A DNA stretch of 64,000 nt from positions 1 to 64,000 of IMG/VR virus record IMGVR_UViG_3300013958_000126; one strand, given 5' to 3'. This DNA is from a virus. Below the pieces are notes generated by a model. That model was not told the DNA's origin, ran no database searches, and saw only the letters and a program-made list of their open reading frames with translations. Shown here in pieces: positions 59,279 through 64,000 of the stretch; positions within the stretch are counted from its first letter, which is position 1, and the number at the start of each line of letters is the position of its first letter. Both the position numbers and the translations under genes were made by a program.

Positions 59279-60190
59279 CTATATTAAATAGTCACCATAT
59301 TTTTTAAGAAAATATGAAGGTCTATTAATCTTAATTCCATATTGGTGTTCAATCATAGACCGAGTTTCAACATCATATAAAATCTTGTTTTTATTTGAAT
59401 TATACTTCCGGATTAATTCATTTGTCATATGAATTTGTCCGGAAATGTTAATTTTTTCAGCAGTCATATATGATACATCTATAGACTTCAATGCTGCTGC
59501 TAATGAATTATACATTTGCCTTCCAAGACAATGCGGATCATCTTTTACAATATGAGATCTTTTTATAATGGTTCCATCATCCATGAGTTTGGATTTAGTT
59601 CCATATGGATATGTTAATTCCATTGTCATATTACTCTTTTGTGCAGTTAAAATTAATGCTTCACTTACATTTACAACTCTTCCGGAATACAATTTCATTG
59701 TATGATTTTCTACGTCGATATCATCAAGTTTTGCTCTAATCGTGTCTTCAAAATCTTTAGACTTGCCATATTCAAAAATGCTCAGAATCATGAATCGATC
59801 TCTAGGATTCTTTAATGCTTCGATCCATGTTAAAATCGTGTCTCTTGATACAATCTGATGATTTAACAATGTCTTATTTAATAGTGCTGCCAGCATATCA
59901 GGTGTGATAGTTGCATAGATATTTTGTCCATTTAACACTAAATTCTCATTAACACACCAGTCCGTATATTGTGTAAGAGTATTATTTACTACAATAATGG
60001 ACTCTAATGTTGTAAATTTGAACAACTTATACATTTCTGTAATCTCATTTAAATTAAAGTCACATAAATCCTTTTGATACATATGTTCAAACGGCGCAAC
60101 TCTCTTAAATCTAGGCACAAGAGGAGTAACGCTTGCAACAGTTTTTAACTTAAATTCGTAAAACCTTTGTTTTCTATCTTCGTTATACAT
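59279..60190 (-). CDS. Hypothetical protein
   Basis: 303-aa ORF. Confidence 0.45.
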   Translation of the reverse strand: MYNEDRKQRFYEFKLKTVASVTPLVPRFKRVAPFEHMYQKDLCDFNLNEITEMYKLFKFTTLESIIVVNNTLTQYTDWCVNENLVLNGQNIYATITPDMLAALLNKTLLNHQIVSRDTILTWIEALKNPRDRFMILSIFEYGKSKDFEDTIRAKLDDIDVENHTMKLYSGRVVNVSEALILTAQKSNMTMELTYPYGTKSKLMDDGTIIKRSHIVKDDPHCLGRQMYNSLAAALKSIDVSYMTAEKINISGQIHMTNELIRKYNSNKNKILYDVETRSMIEHQYGIKINRPSYFLKKYGDYLI

Positions 60191-61471
60191 TTACATTCTC
60201 TCCTCTAAAAAAGGAATTAATCTTTTCCTTATCCTATTAAAGTTTCTCGAAAAATCATATATTATTTTTTCCTCACGTTCCGCATCATCAATAAGAAAAC
60301 GCTTATAGTTCTCTATCATTGATATTTTATTTTTTCCATCATAATAATGAAACAAGATCGTAAGAATTATAATTTCTTTCTTTGAATATTCTTTTTCAAG
60401 ATACTTGTCATCTTCTTCTGTAAGCATATTAAGATCTTCGATAAATTCCTTTGATACTCTAATGATTTCTTTTCGTTGCTCAGGAGAATCACTTTGCCTT
60501 TTACTGAAATATAATCTCTTAATACATTCTGCCAGGGTTGTTGAATCAATAAGTCCACCTATTTTTATTTTCCCTTGCAAATTACACATACTGCTTTCAT
60601 TAATACGCTGGACCACTTTATTTTGAGCTGCATATGAGTTATATGTGTCGCTTAACTGTTTGCTCATTTTAGTTTTCTGGTCATACTGATATATCATACG
60701 GCGAGATTTATCAATGTCAAAGTTTGTAATTCTCAGCTCCATTGGATAGTTAAAATTTGGATTTTTACTTCTGGCCTGGAACATTGATACATATCTATGA
60801 TATCCATCGTTTATATCAAATGCCTCTAAAGAATGAATAATAAGCTGACGTGATTGCTCATCATAATGAAAATCTGCGTATATATCATCTTTCGGGATAT
60901 TCAAAGTGATTGTATCCGGAACATAAATATGTTCCAACATATCTGCCGTAATTTCTTTTACTGCACTCTTATTCAATGTAATACGATATAGCTCATTATT
61001 ATCTCGTGTTACTTTAGTCATAGCACGTTGTGTGACAGGATTATAGTTAATTAATCCTGATTCTTGCAGAGCGCAAAATGCATCTACATTTAAAGATCCT
61101 ATCCATTGATCATCGCTTACCTGAATCATATTGAATACTAACGGGAATTCAATTTTATTTGGTTCTTCGTATCGCATCCCACTATATTTACTTATTTCTC
61201 TGTCTGTAAAAAAGTCAGATAACTTTTTGCGATAATCTTTCTTAGTGGCATTTAAAATACTATCTGCAATTACAAAAAGTGTATAATCATTTGCTTCTTC
61301 AATACTCTTTCTACTAGATAGAAAATCTGAAAAAATGCCTTTTGGATAATTATATTTCTCATATGCATAATTGTAAATTTCTAGTTCTTCACTCTTATTA
61401 ATTAAGATATTAAAAAACTTTTTGGATAAATAATCTTCTAAAATACTTCTATCGACATTCATTTTTCTCAC
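60191..61471 (-). CDS. Hypothetical protein with DGQHR-like (ParB/sulfiredoxin-fold, DndB-like) motif
   Basis: 426 aa; motif INDGYHRYVSM resembles DGQHR signature. Confidence 0.3.
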   Translation of the reverse strand: MRKMNVDRSILEDYLSKKFFNILINKSEELEIYNYAYEKYNYPKGIFSDFLSSRKSIEEANDYTLFVIADSILNATKKDYRKKLSDFFTDREISKYSGMRYEEPNKIEFPLVFNMIQVSDDQWIGSLNVDAFCALQESGLINYNPVTQRAMTKVTRDNNELYRITLNKSAVKEITADMLEHIYVPDTITLNIPKDDIYADFHYDEQSRQLIIHSLEAFDINDGYHRYVSMFQARSKNPNFNYPMELRITNFDIDKSRRMIYQYDQKTKMSKQLSDTYNSYAAQNKVVQRINESSMCNLQGKIKIGGLIDSTTLAECIKRLYFSKRQSDSPEQRKEIIRVSKEFIEDLNMLTEEDDKYLEKEYSKKEIIILTILFHYYDGKNKISMIENYKRFLIDDAEREEKIIYDFSRNFNRIRKRLIPFLEERM

Positions 61472-61509
61472 CTCTTTCCTCAGATTATATCACGCAAAGT
61501 TAATTTTGT

Positions 61510-62538
61510 CTATATTTTTGATGATAAATTTTTCGACATGAACTCCGTTGCTTCCTTTCTTGAGTTATTTTCTTCAACTGTATAAATACTGGTTGTCTGT
61601 ATATCCGCATGCCCTACAGCATTTTTCGTAGCAACGATATCTTTTGTCTCCTTATAATATAATGAAGCAAAAGCAGCTCTTAACTTATGCGGAGACACAT
61701 GTTTACCAATTCCTTTCTCGGCATATTTGACTACCATACAATAGATCGTTTGTGGATCCATACGTTTTCCATTTTTTGATATAAAAAGAGCATCCTCTTT
61801 AATCCCCATATTATATAGTATTTTATCTCGATCAAGGATCCAATCTCTTAATACACGTATGGAATCATCATTTAATTGATATACCTGTTCTTTATCTCGC
61901 TTGTCGATAATAGTCAAATTGTGAGTCTCAAAATTTAAATCACTTAAGTTAATTTCGCTTAATGCAGTTTTTCTCATGCCGGTAACCATAAATAAATATA
62001 ATATAGCATAATCTCTTGAATGCCATTCTTTTGGCATGTAAGAATATTTTACGGCACCCAATATTCCATTTAAATCATCCATTGATAAAAACACTCTTTT
62101 AATCGAGTCTTTTCTAATAGGCCGGTTTACATTGTCCATCGGATTCCTTTCAATATCTCCTCTCCGATACAAAAAATCAAAAAACCTATTTAATGTGCAA
62201 CATACCAATTTAGTATATGCCACAGACGACTTTTTAATTTCACCATTACCATCTTTTACGTATTTAATATGCTCCAGATACCTTGCGATATCATCTGCGT
62301 CAATTTCGCTTATATCTTCTACATCTATATAATCTAAGAAATGATGAAGTTTTCTGACATAATTTAAACAAGTATTCGGGCTGCGAACAGCCTGAATACT
62401 CATATAAAAATCACTCACGCATTGTGGCATATCATTAAGAATTTTCTTAACATTCTTATTTAATTTTAATTCATGCTCCAACCTTCCATTCATAACTTCA
62501 TTCTCCTCTCTAACATAATTCCAGCTTGTTGATACCAT
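61510..62538 (-). CDS. Tyrosine recombinase (XerC/D-like, second recombinase in the element)
   Basis: 342 aa; HKLRAAFAS and GHADIQTTSIYT catalytic blocks. Confidence 0.75.
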   Translation of the reverse strand: MVSTSWNYVREENEVMNGRLEHELKLNKNVKKILNDMPQCVSDFYMSIQAVRSPNTCLNYVRKLHHFLDYIDVEDISEIDADDIARYLEHIKYVKDGNGEIKKSSVAYTKLVCCTLNRFFDFLYRRGDIERNPMDNVNRPIRKDSIKRVFLSMDDLNGILGAVKYSYMPKEWHSRDYAILYLFMVTGMRKTALSEINLSDLNFETHNLTIIDKRDKEQVYQLNDDSIRVLRDWILDRDKILYNMGIKEDALFISKNGKRMDPQTIYCMVVKYAEKGIGKHVSPHKLRAAFASLYYKETKDIVATKNAVGHADIQTTSIYTVEENNSRKEATEFMSKNLSSKI

Positions 62539-63323
62539 GGCAATATCACACTACAATATTCCTTGACTTTCCATGAATACCACTCTCCAATTCCCATAAA
62601 CAAAAGTAATCCAATTGCTGAAATAAGTCCTTTGTTCACCACAATACATAATAATAAACATGGCGCTACCCATAACCAATTCGTAGAAAAGTTGCACCAT
62701 CTTACTAGCCATTTTTCGCTCATACGATCAAAACTCGCAATTTCATCTGGAGTCAAAGAAGTCTGTGGTGGGTTTGCTTTCGCTCTCCTTTTAACAAGTT
62801 CTGCTCCTCCGACATTTTTTTCTCCTGGTTTTATATACTTAGTATATTCTTCTGTTATTTTTGATGCTGCTCTTTCTTGTGGTGTCTTTCTTACTTCCGG
62901 TATACTCCAAAAAATCATTTCTATTACTTCGATTGGATATTCAGGATATAATATTGCTAAAGAAAATCCATTGTCCATTAAATAATATAGAAAACTTACC
63001 ATTTTTTCTGATTCTGTAAAATCATCCATTTTATATCTTGGATCATATGGTGCTACAGCTGAAGAATTGTAAATACGTTCCCTATTTTTAAATTCTTCAT
63101 ATCTTTTTTCAATGTCATTAACACAACGCATATAAAATTCTCCAGTAGTAAGCCTTTCTACCTCCACTTTTTCAAATTTTATATTATTTCCATAGACAAT
63201 GTATTCCTCATCTCTTTCTTCGGGTGTTAAATCATCATAAAATTTCTTTGCTTTCTCAATGAGTTGCTTAGGAGTTAGAGCATATCCCTTATATGCTCTG
63301 GCTTCTTCTTTTGTTAACCTCAT
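62490..63323 (-). CDS. Hypothetical protein with C-terminal TM segments
   Basis: 277-aa ORF. Confidence 0.45.
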   Translation of the reverse strand: MRLTKEEARAYKGYALTPKQLIEKAKKFYDDLTPEERDEEYIVYGNNIKFEKVEVERLTTGEFYMRCVNDIEKRYEEFKNRERIYNSSAVAPYDPRYKMDDFTESEKMVSFLYYLMDNGFSLAILYPEYPIEVIEMIFWSIPEVRKTPQERAASKITEEYTKYIKPGEKNVGGAELVKRRAKANPPQTSLTPDEIASFDRMSEKWLVRWCNFSTNWLWVAPCLLLCIVVNKGLISAIGLLLFMGIGEWYSWKVKEYCSVILPWYQQAGIMLERRMKL

Positions 63324-63811
63324 TTTAAAATCACCTTACCCCTTTCTAAACAAGTATATCTAATATAATAAGTTTTACCATTTTTAGTAACTATTCCCCA
63401 ATTACGAATTGGAACCCCTGTATCTATCATCTTCTTCAATTTCTCAATTCGCCTTCTGTCAAAACACCATTCAATCATGTAAGAATTAAAGTTCTCAATA
63501 AATTCTTCTTTATCAAAAACAAGAACTCCATTTTTTAAATATGATATGGTCTCTTCTTTTGAGTGACCATCCTCCATAATTATTTTAAAGTCAGTTAATG
63601 GTTTTTCCTCTATTATTTCACCTTCTAATGTTTTATAAGACTGCTTATATGTATATTCTGTAAATTTTTGTATTTTATTACAAATCGGACAATACAAATC
63701 TTTAATATGCCCCTTTTCTCTCTGTTGTCCAATTTTTCTTGGGATAGGGAACTCAAGTCCACATTCTGGGCATATAAAATTTGATATAGTGCTTCGTTTC
63801 TTTTTAGACAT
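63320..63811 (-). CDS. Zinc-finger hypothetical protein
   Basis: 163 aa; CPECG ... CPICN. Confidence 0.45.
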   Translation of the reverse strand: MSKKKRSTISNFICPECGLEFPIPRKIGQQREKGHIKDLYCPICNKIQKFTEYTYKQSYKTLEGEIIEEKPLTDFKIIMEDGHSKEETISYLKNGVLVFDKEEFIENFNSYMIEWCFDRRRIEKLKKMIDTGVPIRNWGIVTKNGKTYYIRYTCLERGKVILK

Positions 63812-63828
63812 TTTAATACTTCCTCCTT

Positions 63829-64000
63829 ATGCTGCAAATCCAAATTCTGATAAATTAATTGTTTCTTTTCGAGGTAAATAATCTGATCCACATGAATCAC
63901 AAATTTCTTTGACTTCCTGATCGCTTAATATCTTGATTACTTTCATTTCTCCGGCAATGATCCATTCTCCAGTCATTACAGGAGACGTTTTATACCGGTA
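63829..64000 (-). CDS. Partial ORF (C-terminal fragment; gene continues beyond window end)
   Basis: Open frame to window edge; ends ...SDQEVKEICDSCGSDYLPRKETINLSEFGFAA*. Confidence 0.35.

Noticed and set aside
63625-63900. 91-aa ORF overlapping 63320-63811 and the terminal partial ORF
   Set aside because: Out-of-frame overlap with two better-supported ORFs
1-64000. CRISPR arrays, rRNA genes, transposase/IS elements
   Set aside because: No regularly spaced direct repeats, no rRNA-like conserved stretches, and no transposase-like ORFs were found on reading the window

Overview
The window has two parts. Bases 1-4157 are a moderately GC-rich, Firmicutes-type host segment carrying a three-gene electron-bifurcating [FeFe]-hydrogenase operon (hydC-hydB-hydA, minus strand, with a candidate terminator at 9-23). 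At about 4160 the GC content drops to roughly 30%, and from there to the window end lies a very large phage-like integrated element of at least 59 kb that is truncated at the right edge. It begins with a tyrosine integrase (4607-5815) plus an Xis-like gene. Essentially every gene is on the minus strand, and no capsid, terminase or tail genes appear in 59 kb. The element reads as the replication and nucleotide-metabolism arm of a large temperate phage. Recognisable replication genes are a DnaE-like Pol III alpha, DnaB-like helicase, TOPRIM primase, RecD-like SF1B helicase, RecB-like nuclease, Sak4-like ATPase, SSB-like protein, NAD-dependent LigA and an RNA-ligase-like nucleotidyltransferase. 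Nucleotide genes are anaerobic RNR NrdD/NrdG, dUTPase, a Gmk-like kinase and an HD hydrolase. Four tRNA genes are present (44.3-46.6 kb), along with a GIY-YIG homing endonuclease and a second tyrosine recombinase. The most striking feature is a tightly packed operon at 8.8-19.8 kb dedicated to NAD+ and ADP-ribose chemistry. It contains an NMNAT, NadE, a SLOG/DUF2493-like protein, a macro domain, Tpt1/KptA, a HAD phosphatase, a NAMPT-family enzyme, a trimmed Prs-like enzyme, a PurA-family ligase, a vWA protein and a nicotinamidase-like isochorismatase. The element also carries a tandem DUF2829 (Tad2-like) candidate sponge, an SPFH/PspA-like membrane module, and a phage-borne ABC importer whose binding-protein gene looks split by the GIY-YIG insertion. 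This reads as a candidate NAD+-reconstitution and RNA-repair counter-defence island of unusual composition. A short AT-rich motif (TTAATT(A/T)AATT variants) recurs in about 19 intergenic positions throughout the element, including around the tRNAs, and is a candidate element-specific promoter or regulatory signal.
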